A stretch of DNA of 63,718 nucleotides, counting the filler, from Craspedostauros australis (lineage: Eukaryota): the NCBI GenBank assembly GCA_030167865.1. It is 16 parts of 16 records of this genome, joined end to end, with 100 filler letters (N's around TTAATTAATTAA, not from the genome) between each part and the next. Parts side by side here need not be neighbours in the genome. Positions count along the whole stretch, not along the records: positions 33,861 to 58,191 come from JALAGF010003057.1; 15 more parts are not named here. One strand, given 5' to 3'. The notes beneath the pieces were generated by a model, which did not search any database, was not told the DNA's origin, and worked only from the letters and a program-made list of their open reading frames with translations. Each line of letters opens with the position of its first letter. Position 1 is the stretch's first letter. A program made the translations under genes and the position numbers. Positions 34,116 through 46,586 of this stretch are shown here, piece by piece.

Positions 34116-37100
34116 CATGGAGGCCGAGACGTGCTGTTCTTTGCATCTCATCATGGTGCCACAGTGGCCCCCTACACAAACGGAATTGTACGACTTCACT
34201 ACTTGTAGTCGTATAACCGCTGTGCTGTCTTCGGCGTCACGCACAAGAGACGTGACCACATCATCAACTCTATCACTCCACGCAGAGCTCTTACCTCGTC
34301 TTCAGGATATTCTGTCATGATGCTTCTTCTTCTCCTTCGCTTTCTGCAACACGAAACAAGGAGGTATGACAAGGAGAGGCGACAACGAGTATCCCTTGTC
34401 ACGTGCCATGTTTCATGCATTCTTGTCCCAGCGCGCGAGAGGGTGGTGTCATCATGGTGGTACTCACACACCCGCTTGGGCTGCGACTCCTGGCTCCATC
34501 GATGAAGCGAAGCACCCGCCTGCGTCGCGACTGTCACCCAACACCATGTGAGTGTGTGTACCAACACGGCGGCGACCAGACGGAGCAAAGATCCCCTGCG
34601 TGACGCGGTATGAGTTTGCCACTCTGCGTGCAGAGGTGAGAGTGAGGCCTGTCGGAACAGTGGTATTGGCAGAGGAGCCACCAAGGGAGAGCACCACCCG
34701 GCAGCCAGCGGATGGCAGATGTGTGCGCATAACGCCTGGGGATGCAGTCTTCTCGCGTATCCGCACGAACTATCGCAATGACGATTGCACAAAGCCCTTG
34801 ACGCATGGTAGCCATCTGTGAGTACGATGTGACTATCCGTACTATTCTATGTTGCCTCACTCGACGTACACCTCATCAATAAGCGATACCTGCATCATTC
34901 GCAACATCAACACCCGTGGAAGCGCAGCACGGTGGCGTCCATGCCACAAGCCCAGAGCATCGCGAATCGGCCTGGTGATTTCTCCCTGCACAGGCGTTTC
35001 ACCCCAAAATCAACAACGAGTGTGGTGGTTGTCAGAAGTGCTTTGTTCAGCACAACCAAGCAACACAAGCCAAAACACACAATGAAAGAAGGAAGGAAGT
35101 GAACCGGGCAGCTGGAGGTGTTGTGCTGCGTCGTGTGAGATGGTCTGAGTCTGCCTGCTGATGCATACTCCTACTCCGACCAATTTATAGCACTGCTCCC
35201 ACACTACCCGTGCCATACTCTGCCGGTACGCACGAGTTGGCTATGTCGCTCACCCAGATCCCGTACCAGTCAACAAAGACAGCAAACACAGCACAGCCTT
35301 CCCAGCCAACCTACAAGGTGCGAGCTCACCAACGAGCGTGTTCCGAAAGGACCAGCCCCCTTCCTTCCTCCACGAGTGTCACTGTCACTCCGTCCCTCCT
35401 CTCCGACTACATGCGGCTGGGTGTATGTAAATACCTACACACGCGATACAGGTCTCAGACTGACACTCAATCAAGAAATCACATGTGTTCTTGCTTTGCA
35501 AAGAGGACGAACGAAGAAACAAGTCCGTAGAACATATTATACGTTCCAAAGCACCATTCGGGATCCTCTGTACCCTCCACTGTGCTCCATCAGCAGATGC
35601 GACGGAGTCGCAGATGCATCGCTGAGTGGGCACTGATCGCCAGTTTGTCTGCACGGACACAAGGATGCAAACAGCCAACATTCACGGCTGAAAGCGGCCA
35701 AGCAGAAGATGACATGGTCACAGATACTCTCCGTCTCTCTTCCGTGCACGCTTCGAATGTATTCCATGACACGCTCTTTCCAAACCGCAATCACTCTCCC
35801 ACCGTTTCGTGGTTCTGCCTGCTGCCAAGGATGGGATGTTGTTGTCAAGCGAAGCAGATTAGCTCGTACGCATTTCGCATCAAACCACGTCAACAAGCTT
35901 CATCTCTCACATGGAGAGAGGATCAATAAATCCATTTCGCACTTTGGTGGTATCGTCACCTCCATTCCAAATAAATCCTAAATTAGCGCTGGAAAAGACG
36001 GCGGAGACCATGCTCTCTCTCTGTCTGTCTGTTTACTCATACTTATAGTCCATGTTCTGTTCTGCTGACTTGCCTCGACATCGCCACGCTCCATGCATAT
36101 GTTTCTGCTTGATGCCTCCTCCTTCGCCTTTCGAGACATCGTCTCCTCCTGAGTCTCCTGGATCTCCTGGCCCTTCTTCGCTTTCTTGCTCCTTTCATAC
36201 GCGCAGTGCTCCTACGAGTACATGATTGCAAGTTACGCTCCGTGGGTGGAACCCTCGGCTTGGACCCATGCCACCGGCTATTCTAGAACGATCTGCAGCA
36301 GAATACCATCGGGCATATTAATCCACGTAGAGTACTGGTACGGAAGCCATCAGAGCAACAGAGATCGATTGCAGCCTCCTTCGTACCAAGGTTGCATGCG
36401 TTTTGGTGTAGTGTTTCCGATTGTCACTGCCGATGCCACTGGCAACGCTGCCGTGGCCTCTGCTCTTCGAATAACTGGTTGGCTATGATGGGCTATGATG
36501 GTGTACAACGTGCCGTCTTCTCTCTCAGTTCCTACACGAGATCTGCCCTGCGGTGGAATCGGTCTCGTCTCTGATCGTACTTCCAAAGATTGCAGGCAAC
36601 ATTCTCATGGGCCACACAGTATTCGCAAGGTGAATCCCATTGGTGCACCGTATAGAGTACTCCCATCCTCTGTTGTACTAGTACGATCAGTCTGCAATAC
36701 CTTGCATATCCGTATCACCTGTACAAGTATCGGCATTTGCAATCTGGCACGTTGCGAACGAACAGGTTGCACCCAAAAGTGCATGAATCATTGGCATTCG
36801 CGCCACCGGCTGGTCAAAACGACACGACATCTCTTGGCACACAGATACTTGGATGAGAGCACCGAGGGCGAGCAGATCTAGCGGAGGCATAGCAGTAGTG
36901 CAAAGTATGATATCGTCGATCGCGGTCGCATGCAGAAATCTAATAGAGTATGCAGAGTGCAGATGTTGAGTGCGATTGGAGTAGCGTAGAGCCACCGACA
37001 CAGCTGCCGCAAATGAAGTGCGGTGCTCTTTCTGGGGAGGGAGTGCGCCAACCTGTCGAACTTGTGCAAACCAAAAAGGGGAGATGTGGGGAGCGGGAAA

Positions 37101-37358
37101 CAAAAACAAGGAGGACGGCCTGACAACTCGTACCGTGCTGAACTTGTGCGAGTGTGACACTCATTCGTTACTTTGCGTCTGGAGGCATCCATCGTCGTGT
37201 CCTCTTGTCTTCTCGTACTCCCCAGAGTGGTGCCGTCGTCACGAGGTATAACAGATGATGCATCCTCGGAGATCTGACTTGTTTTCGGCACCAACAGACA
37301 CGTCGTGCAAAAGTGGCGGGAGGAGCAACCGTGTGTTGGGGTTCGAAACAAAAAGGGG

Positions 37359-37431
37359 TTCCGATACCGGGACTCGAACCCGGGTATCCTGCGTGAAAGG
37401 CAAGTATGCTAACCACCTACATCATATCGGA
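37359..37431 (-). tRNA. trnE-TTC: tRNA-Glu (TTC)
   Basis: 73-nt cloverleaf: acceptor TCCGATA/TATCGGA, anticodon arm CTTGC-CTTTCAC-GCAGG, T arm CCGGG-TTCGAGT-CCCGG. A downstream T5 fits a Pol III terminator. Confidence 0.97.
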
Positions 37432-37818
37432 CCGGCTGCCCACAGGTAGAAAACTATGCACTAAGTTCATCACAAGTTGCGTTCGTGCGCCTTGGTGTGT
37501 TCAATCATTCGCCATTTGCGATCGAGGGAGTCAATTTCGCGCGCAAATTGATTCCATCTCCACAAAATGTGACACGAAGCGTATCTTTCTGCGAACGTCC
37601 CACAATTCTGGCGCACATGTTGTTCACATGACACACAGACGCACAACCCCTCCGATTCTTGCCATAGTTCTGCGCATGCGGCCATTACCATTGCCATTTT
37701 CGTTTCTATTCTTCACAAGTCAAAGCAGCAAGACGCACAACATCGATATCAACACCACCACACCACCACAACATCGCAACGAAGTGAGGACAGCCCCGTT
37801 TCGGATCTTCCTCTCTCA

Positions 37819-40800
37819 TTGTGCAACCATCTTGCCGACGCGCCGCTCCACATCGTCCAACAGGGAAGCGCGCGAATCCACGAACCATCGCATGCATCAG
37901 CCACAGCAGCAGCACATCCCATCATGCGATCATCTCGAATGCCACGGTCCAACCAAGACGACCACGCACGCGTCCACGGCAGATACGGTGCGCGCTCGTC
38001 AGCGCCAGCAAGGAGCCGCAGCAGATCGCAGCAGCCACAGTACTCAGTGCCGCGCCGCATGGGCGCGCGCTCCATTCTTGCTCCGTTGGAAATGCCGCTG
38101 AGAACAAGAATGGCGCGGCAGCCGCTCGTCGTGAATGCTCAGCTGGAGAACAACGTGCTCCCCATGTCGCAGCTCACGCAGTCCACCATCCACAGCCTGC
38201 AGAGCCAGGAAGGCAGCCCCATGTTTGACGACTGCGCCGCTCAGCTGCATCCAACACCCTTGTCGCAGAAGCACGACGTCCAATTTGCTGCCTTCCCTGT
38301 CGTGACGCAAGCTTCCAAGTCCACAGCCGGAGGCGTGGCGTCATCATCGCGCTCACGGTCGTCGGACGCTTGGCACCGAGACGCTCTTCGAGGCCAGCCA
38401 CATCCTCAGGATCCATCCATCAATGCCCACCATTTCATGCGCACCAACAACTCAACCAGTCGCGTCGCCAATGCCAACATCAACATCAACGCGACCACCA
38501 ACGCCAGCGAAGCCAACAACTTCCAAGCGGACCATTTGCCAAGGCAGCCAAGCAACGAAAGAAGACCACTTTCGATCCTCCGCCGTTCGGATGAATCTTC
38601 CGTCTTCCTTGGCGATCGCAGCACGGTGAGCATATTGAGCGCACGCAGTCGCTCGCGCGCGCTGCATTCCATGAAGCCGCTTCCGGACTTGTCGCCTGTC
38701 AAAAGCCCGCGAGGTCACAGAGTCCAAGCACAACCGAGGAGGCAAGCGCGGCTCAATTCGGTGGTGGTCACAGACAACACTCGCGGTGCTGCCACGACAG
38801 CAACGCGCGGACGAAGCGCAAGTCCAACACCCTCGAGAGGCAGCATCGCATCGAGACATCACCCCATCTTTGGCTTGTCGTCCCAACCGCCATCTGCTCT
38901 CAAGGAGAACACTTCCGACAACACGGGTGCAACAACCAGCCGATCGAGTTCCGATGTCAAGCACAGTTCCAACGACCGCGAGCGTGCGAATCAAGACGCC
39001 AAGAAGCTGGAGACGCTCAATGCATCCTGCGAGAAGCAACTCAAGCAGACGTACGACAAGCTCATGGGAGAGCTCGAGACACGCCTTGCATCGGCAAAGA
39101 CTGACCTTGCTGATCACGTCACCGCTGCGAAGGGTAAGGCAATCAAGGACATCGACGAGCATTGCGCGGATCGCAAGCGAAAGTTTGAAGGTTCATGCGA
39201 CGCGCGGAAGGACGAAGCGATTCAGGCGATCGCGGACAGTGCGAAGAAGGCGCGGGTGGAAGCGACGGTCGGTGCTGACGACAGAACGAATCAGCTCCAA
39301 ACGACAGTTCAGAGCCTTGTCGATCAAAGCACGAAGACGATCGGAGAGGCAGTGTCGAAGGGCACGTTCACACTTGCGGCCACAGGCCGAAAGCTGGCCC
39401 AGAACTTCATCACGCAATTCACAACCCCAGTCCGCTCCACACTCAAGACTCTCCTCAAGAATGAACAGACCATTCAACGCGGCTCCAGTTCACTCGGTTC
39501 GGCGCATTCCAGCAGCAAGATTGAGACTGCCCCTGATTCCAAGACGACCTCAGAGAAGGGAATGGAGCAGCTCTCCGTACCCCAACACCAAGGCGACCCT
39601 CCATCGTCCGGTGTGTCATCGCCGAAGGAACGCGCCGACCACCATCGTGACGAAGAGAGGCAGCGACCGAAGAAGCTGCACGAATCAGGCCAAACACAAT
39701 CCAGTGTGAAAAGCCCGACGGGAGTCCCACCAAAGCCTCCGCTGGCTCAGGACAGCACCTCGACAAACGATACGCATATCAACAAGTGCACATCTACCGA
39801 GGTTGTCGGTGCCACCGATACTGACGTCCAAGCCGCCGAGGATACTCATGCTCAAGGGTGTGCCAGCCGCCTTCACGATGGACCTCACCTGTGCGATCCC
39901 GCAGCAAGCACCAAAACCGAACATGCGTATGGGCAACGAACACGAGCAGCACGCAAGCTCAACTTTGGTGGAAGCGGTCAGACGAACCGCAGCGCGACAA
40001 GTCGCAAAGACCGCCACGCAGAAGGAGGCAAAGACATCGTTCGAACCACTGCTCCAGATTTGGTCAAGGGCGGAAGTGCATGCGCGGAACGCGAGAGTCG
40101 CAAGCGCAATCCCAGTGACACAACACCAAAGGACACCGTTGCAAAGGATCCACGACAGTCCTCGCTATCCACCTTACCGCCAATCTCGATTGAAGGTCGC
40201 GTACTTTCGCGGGAGCAACAGGACACTTCAGCCCCTCATGTGCAAAGCGAGGTCCGCAACAAGCGTGGTATTGGCCGGCCGTCACTCGCCACTCCTCATG
40301 AAAGCCAACCGTCATACCCCGGGACCGCACCAGCACCATCGACGAGAAGCAAGGACGGTCGCAGCCTCTGCGAAGACGAGCTGCAGATAAAGGCGCGGAA
40401 CGATAGTGCGGGCGCCAATGCAACTGCGCGTGGGTGCAAGAGACGCAACATGACCTCATCAACCAGCGGGGATGGGCAAGTGATTGACAATCGAGGAGAA
40501 CCTCCAGCGCCCAACCGCATTCGACTGCACAAGTCGGTGCCCGTCCCGAAGGCAACGCCATGCCCACAACTACCATCACTGGTGCGCTTGCGGACGCCAC
40601 CACTGCCATTTGCATCGCAACAACTGCAACCACGACGACCTGCACGTCCGCAGCCACAACTGCCTGCCCGCACACGTCCACTCGCACCGCATCCGATGCG
40701 GTTCAAAGCCGAGAAAGCCGATGACTGTGAAGAGTCTTTCATCCTGAGAGATATCACGATCGACTCCACCAAGGCAGTGCACGTCTCTCCGCTACGGCCT

Positions 40801-41298
40801 TTCTCGTCGCCCATCAGGGAGGCAAAGATGGCATCACGACGCGCTGCCCGCCGCGCCATTGAGAACTTCCGACCCGCCGCTGCCCCGTCAACCAAGGCAA
40901 AGAACAAACGAACTTTGGGTCCTCTCCTTCCACCACCAACAGGAGGGACACGGACCCGAAACGGGGATGCGACGAAACGGACTAAGGTACTGGGAGCGAC
41001 CATGAAGACGACCACCACGACGGAAACAAAGACAAGGACGAAGGCAAAAGCACACGTGAAGGCAACCTCAACCGCAAAGGCCAAGGGCACGGGGGCAATC
41101 AAGACTCGAACGGCAGCAAGAGGAAAGGGGAAGAAAAAATCGGCCACAGCTTTTCTTCCTGTGGCGACGACGACCACGACGATGAAGACAAGATCTCGGA
41201 GGAAGTCAGCAACAGCACCAAATCGAAAGTCCTCAGCCAAGTCTCACTCTTCCAAGTACTGTCTGGACGACGACGACGATTTCAGATTCCCTGGGTGA
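37819..41298 (+). CDS. Large disordered protein with central coiled coil, basic C-terminal region and acidic-aromatic tail
   Basis: 1159-codon ORF; real start probably an ATG near 37924. Heptad-rich segment at about 38980-39420. Confidence 0.85.
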   Translation: MCNHLADAPLHIVQQGSARIHEPSHASATAAAHPIMRSSRMPRSNQDDHARVHGRYGARSSAPARSRSRSQQPQYSVPRRMGARSILAPLEMPLRTRMARQPLVVNAQLENNVLPMSQLTQSTIHSLQSQEGSPMFDDCAAQLHPTPLSQKHDVQFAAFPVVTQASKSTAGGVASSSRSRSSDAWHRDALRGQPHPQDPSINAHHFMRTNNSTSRVANANININATTNASEANNFQADHLPRQPSNERRPLSILRRSDESSVFLGDRSTVSILSARSRSRALHSMKPLPDLSPVKSPRGHRVQAQPRRQARLNSVVVTDNTRGAATTATRGRSASPTPSRGSIASRHHPIFGLSSQPPSALKENTSDNTGATTSRSSSDVKHSSNDRERANQDAKKLETLNASCEKQLKQTYDKLMGELETRLASAKTDLADHVTAAKGKAIKDIDEHCADRKRKFEGSCDARKDEAIQAIADSAKKARVEATVGADDRTNQLQTTVQSLVDQSTKTIGEAVSKGTFTLAATGRKLAQNFITQFTTPVRSTLKTLLKNEQTIQRGSSSLGSAHSSSKIETAPDSKTTSEKGMEQLSVPQHQGDPPSSGVSSPKERADHHRDEERQRPKKLHESGQTQSSVKSPTGVPPKPPLAQDSTSTNDTHINKCTSTEVVGATDTDVQAAEDTHAQGCASRLHDGPHLCDPAASTKTEHAYGQRTRAARKLNFGGSGQTNRSATSRKDRHAEGGKDIVRTTAPDLVKGGSACAERESRKRNPSDTTPKDTVAKDPRQSSLSTLPPISIEGRVLSREQQDTSAPHVQSEVRNKRGIGRPSLATPHESQPSYPGTAPAPSTRSKDGRSLCEDELQIKARNDSAGANATARGCKRRNMTSSTSGDGQVIDNRGEPPAPNRIRLHKSVPVPKATPCPQLPSLVRLRTPPLPFASQQLQPRRPARPQPQLPARTRPLAPHPMRFKAEKADDCEESFILRDITIDSTKAVHVSPLRPFSSPIREAKMASRRAARRAIENFRPAAAPSTKAKNKRTLGPLLPPPTGGTRTRNGDATKRTKVLGATMKTTTTTETKTRTKAKAHVKATSTAKAKGTGAIKTRTAARGKGKKKSATAFLPVATTTTTMKTRSRRKSATAPNRKSSAKSHSSKYCLDDDDDFRFPG

Positions 41299-43074
41299 TC
41301 TACGAGTGCCTCACCCACACACTAATACGATTGTGTGGGATCGATAAATCCGATGGAAGGCATTACAAGTCTGCATTCCTGCAGTCGCTGCCAAACTGTT
41401 GCGCTCAAGAAAGAGGAACGGGCGCGTGCTCTGTCTTGAGTTTCTGACGAAACATTCATCCAACTCGTATTGCGCCGCAACAGCTGCTGCGACTATTGGC
41501 ATGATTGCATATGCGCCACGCATGTGGGTTCAGCTGATGGACGAGATCCGGACACAGGCTATCTGCACTCGCATCTTGCTCCACCGAAGTATCATACTGA
41601 TGGATGTCGATTCATGAAGGATTCTAAACGAGGCCAGAGCGAAGTTCGAAAGAGCGGCAAAGTGGGAGGCGCCTTCAGCCGAGTGGAGAAGAGTGGAGGA
41701 GAATGATTTGCACCAGCTATCTGTACACACCTGTAGGCTAATTCCCTCCCATACAATACATACGCGCACAAGTCCGTTGGTGCAAGATCAGCATCGAGTG
41801 ATGGCACATTCCGACATCGTCGGCACGAGGGCACAAATGGTTCTCTCTGTCATTTGTGCTACAGTGTCAGCTCAACTTCAACCGGGCTGACTTCGTGTGC
41901 CTCTTGTCGTGTTCGATGTCAGCACTCCAATCAGGCAACACGCTTGCCGTCTCTATGAGCCGTGGCTCTCGTACGTACGACTATTGGTATGATCGACGAT
42001 GACTACTCTCTCCAGCGAGAGGGCCAGAGTCAACAGAAGCAACCGTACCCACGATAACTCACAGATCGAAGAGTCATTGGGGAATGGATGAACCGCTATT
42101 TACTCTGTTCCTCAGCTCCTTCTTGCCACAATCTGGTGGTCAGGTTGTTTCCACGGTTGTGCCATGGGTTAACAATCCAGGAATACAACGGCGTTGAACG
42201 ACTTATCCTCCACGATCGAGACCCATGTCGTCAGTCTTGAATGAAGCAGCATCCTTCTCTTTTCTGCGTTCCTCCGACCTTGCATCGCTTAGTTCCAAAC
42301 GAATTCTGTTCTTGCTTTTGCGACCCGTAAGTTCCACATTTCGTGGACTTGGTTGAGGTTGTGAGTTGGCAAAGTCGTAAGTTGGCGGCAATCGGAGCGT
42401 ATGCATCCGTGCATTGTGTTCTACGAGCTATGTATGCTTCCATGAGGTGCTGGATGCGAGCGATCGTGTAGTTGTTCGAGGAATTGCGCGGCAACGCTTG
42501 CGGACGTAATGAATGACGTCCGCCGCTCACTGTTCCTCACAGTTCTGTTTCGGAGACAACAGCAAGTCCTCGCTTTCAGCGCTTTGCGTAAGAAAATGTG
42601 AAGGCCCAGCGCGTTCTCAATTGAAGCCAAATTCCATCAACTTCTTCCCTTCTGGTGCGTAGAAGTCAGTACTTTATGTACGGTGCTTTGGTTCGGCTCT
42701 TTGGCCGAGATGATACTTTGCAGGTCATTCTGCCACGCTTTTTGATGTTGTCCTTCTTCCAACCGCAAGGCCGAGAACTATTCCAGCCAGAGAGCCCACA
42801 AAACCAACTCACCTTCGATCCAACATCCTCTCTTGTGTGTGACAACAGCAACGACCAGCCAATCAACCGATCAATCAACCATCTCCAACTCTTCCCCTCA
42901 TCTTTCTCGTCGACTGACCACCGCGTCAACACAAAAACTACAAGGAAGCAGACGGATCAAATCATCGACTGTCCCATCGATTCCCCAACCAAACACACCA
43001 ACAGGAAACTCGTGGAGTACGGATAGGCCGTTCTGCACCTACAACAGAGCAACAACAGCAGCAGCTGTACAACC

Positions 43075-43106
<32 letters not shown>

Positions 43107-43208
43107 CCTGTCACAAGCATTAGCATCCAGGACGAGCAGGACACAAGAGCGGCGGCAGACGCAGCACCAATAACATTAATAGCACAGCCAGCACAAACAA
43201 TCACAATC

Positions 43209-44096
43209 ATGGACGACGTTCCCATGGGCAATCCACCTCTCAAGTCTGCGCTCTCGAACGCAACCAAGAGGCAACAGCGCCGTTTCCAGCTGCAACAACA
43301 GCACCCATCATCATCACCGCCACCACCACAAAAGCGCGGTGTCACATTCTATCCCAACGTGTTTGTGTACGATGTGGATTGCGACTTCACCGTAGCAGAG
43401 ACCAGAGCGGCATGGTACAATGTGCAGGAAATCCGTCGCATCAAGGAAGACTACCTCATGACGATACACATCGTCACGATTCACAATCACAACACCCGCC
43501 AACGCCAGCACAACCTCAACAAAACGAATGGATCATCTTCGTCGTCGTCGTCGTCGTTCCCGTTACATCACGATGTCTACAATCCCGAAGAGCATTGCAT
43601 GCGAGGACTGGAGTACCGCACCCCCGAAGGCTGGGAAAGACGCTCCTTCATGAAGCGGTACGCCCGCGAGGCCGTGCTGTTGGAACAGGACCGTATCTGG
43701 GCGCAGCAGCAGCAACGCATCCAGCAGTGCCACGAGACCGGCAACGACATCCCCATGTTCGATGAACAGGACGATGAAGCCGTGCTCAGCATCGCCAAGG
43801 TGTATCAGGAATTCTCCAGCGCCTCGCAACAGTTTGCCCATCGGATGGGGCTGGAAGATGAAGGATACGTGTTCCAGCAGTACTGTCAAGAACATCAGCA
43901 ACATCAGCAGCAACGAGGCAATCTCAGGATTCATAACAATCCCAACACGGCCACCACACCCACACCCAACTTCACGAACGGCAAAGCGCAGGTACAGCCG
44001 AACGAAGGTCGGGTGCTGCGCATGATGACACCGACGTTTCGCGCGTTTGGGGTGCTGGCAGGACGATCCATCGGCTTCATGTCCAAGGCAGCTTGA
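43209..44096 (+). CDS. Diatom-type hypothetical protein of the VxF...WY...CxRGLE...AVLxEQ family
   Basis: KRGVTF, AWYNVQEIRRIK, HCMRGLE, AVLLEQ and IAKVY...AHRMGLEDE. Confidence 0.85.
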   Translation: MDDVPMGNPPLKSALSNATKRQQRRFQLQQQHPSSSPPPPQKRGVTFYPNVFVYDVDCDFTVAETRAAWYNVQEIRRIKEDYLMTIHIVTIHNHNTRQRQHNLNKTNGSSSSSSSSFPLHHDVYNPEEHCMRGLEYRTPEGWERRSFMKRYAREAVLLEQDRIWAQQQQRIQQCHETGNDIPMFDEQDDEAVLSIAKVYQEFSSASQQFAHRMGLEDEGYVFQQYCQEHQQHQQQRGNLRIHNNPNTATTPTPNFTNGKAQVQPNEGRVLRMMTPTFRAFGVLAGRSIGFMSKAA

Positions 44097-46586
44097 ATGC
44101 TCTTGAGAGCGTGATAGACGATCGCGGCACGAGTGGACCGGCACAGCGGATGATAACGCAAGGGAAATATAACAGGATCATCATGACTAGGGCATCACTA
44201 CAACTTCAGACATAATATATTATACCAGAACAAAGAGACTGAACGATGATGCGCTTGGTTGCACGCACAGAGTACGAGTAGAATGAAGCTATTTGTCGAT
44301 TCCTGTCATAGATGATCAAGGACGAGTGCGATGTTGTATTCGTACGGATGCATCGGCACAAGTGTCGTCCCATCGTACGCGCATGTGGGAGGCTTGTCAA
44401 ATTCCCACACGGGGGACACTTTCATGGTCGCGCTTCTGCGAGGATGGACGAAGTTGTGGGCAATCAACAGCCCAATCAAGGCAGGGTATCTTGGAAGAGA
44501 AAACCGAGAACTTTTACCTCGGATACCCACAGATTCATCGCGCGCACAGAACATCTAACCTCTGCGTCATTTCTTCAACGCATCAAAGATCCGTCGAGCA
44601 TGACATTTGCCGCCTCTTGTTTTCGGAGAGAGTGACAGGGCCAGAGAGGGCATTTCGTTTCGTTTCGTTCGGTGCAACTCCATTGCATCCCTCGATACAA
44701 ATAGAGCGCCAGAGTACAATCTCTGCAATCGGTTCCACGCCAAGAGCGATGCCCTATGTGGATTCGATGAATGTGGGCGGAGGACAACTGTCACCGATGA
44801 CTGTCCAAGATTCACACAAGCAGAGCAGCGACAGTGGAAGTTACAGGAGCATTTGAGCATGTGCATGAATCTGACATTAACAATTGCAACTCGCAAGGCC
44901 AATCGACGATCAGCGCTTTCTTCACATCTCGCGATGTTTTCGTGCTGAACCCAACCAATTGTTCTGGCACCCACACCCACCACCATACAATTTCAATGAC
45001 AATCTGTGATGCTGCTGCAAGTTCTTGCCACTTGGCTAGGACACTTGCGTCAATTCATCATCATATTGAAAATGACGCGTCTCTCCACGATGTACCAATC
45101 TGCACGTCCTGCCGTGACATGCATTGCAGTTCGCCCATGCTGGATGTGGCGAACATTCCAACTCCATTGCACATCATTGACGCACATAACAGCCGCCATG
45201 CACAAGCACACGTGGGGGTGGCCACCATGCCTTTCTCCCTTGTTCCAGCGGATTGCGCCGAGAATCAATGCAATTCCGTGGATGTCTGAATTGCAAAGGG
45301 CATCTACGATGGTTGGTGCGTCCTTGGACTTGCGCAGATCTTGCGGTGTGAGCTCGACGGCGACTGCATCATTGTCACAGTGAACGCGTTCATCCCACCA
45401 CATCAGAGGGGAGGGTCTCTTCTTGACCACAGGCTGCAAGCTGCAAGCGCCACGAGGTCGTGTGAGCAGTGTTGTAGCCGTCAACGGCGTCAATGGCAAC
45501 GGTTGATGGCTTATACCGCCATTGCTTCATTGTGGCATCGTGCTAATCGTGATCGTGGGAAGAGCACCCTGATTGGGGCGCCACGAGTATGTTGCTTCTT
45601 GCCATGTGATGGGTTGATGCGTTGTGGCTGAATCGTTGACACCCTGTTGTCATTCGCATGGTGATGCTGAAGGATCGTGACGGTGAAAGGTTCTGATGAT
45701 CGTCCTCGCACAGTCACCCTGGTCGATGCCACGAGTCGAGTGAGTTGCTTTTGCTTTTTGACGAATGTTGGTGCCTGTTTGGCTTTCATGCGTTGATTCA
45801 GTTTGGTTTTGTTCTGTTCTGTTTCTTGGTTGCGAGGTTTTGGGTGGTTGTCAGAAATGCGAACGTGTTGTGTTTGTGTACAATTCTACACGATCTGGTA
45901 AATGCGATGGTTGAACCACGTTGAGATTCTACGCAACCGTCGCATCCGCGCTCTCGACCAATCAGAAGCCTCCAACAGTGAGTCATTTGCCTCCAACGCG
46001 CCGAAGCGCACGCGTGAATGGCGCCACATGACAAAGGCCTTTGCTGACGTGAGAAATGAGTGTGGGTGGGACTAGGACTACAAATATCGCACGATCACTG
46101 AACAGAAGAAGCGTGGTGTCAACACGACAGGCGGTGGCAGCCATGCCGGCGTGTGTGCGCATGCGAACACGAATCGAGTCATTCTGCGCAGCCAACCAAT
46201 GTGGGGCCATTTCGTTTGCGGAATCGCCGCACAACAACGCGGGACTTTCTCTGCGAAACGCAACGCAACAAAACGCAACACAACACACTTCACGTCGCAA
46301 CACTTCGCGACGCACCGAAACGCACCACAACACATCGCAACATTCGGTTGGCACATTCAACAGAAACAACAACAACAACAACAGAACACGATCAGACCAG
46401 ATCGACGTGCCACACACCAGCACTCCACATCCAACCAAGTCAAGTGAAGCCAAGTCAAGACAAGTCAGTACAGACCAGAGTATCGTACAGCATCACAAAC
46501 AAGCCATCTGACAAGCACAGGCAGGCTGACAGGCACAGCGCAAGACGCAAGGAGCAAGAGCCAACGGCGAAGGAAGAGACCTGCAG

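Noticed and set aside
36040..36590. Possible decayed PLAC8-like gene on the minus strand (PWYEGGC..., GLICPMVFCC)
   Set aside because: Motifs are weak and split by stops and frameshifts, which is not enough to call.
46255..46345. Degenerate 5-bp repeats (CAACG/CAACA) and other (GA)n, (CAA)n and 12-bp repeats in leaders
   Set aside because: Ordinary microsatellites, common throughout the window.
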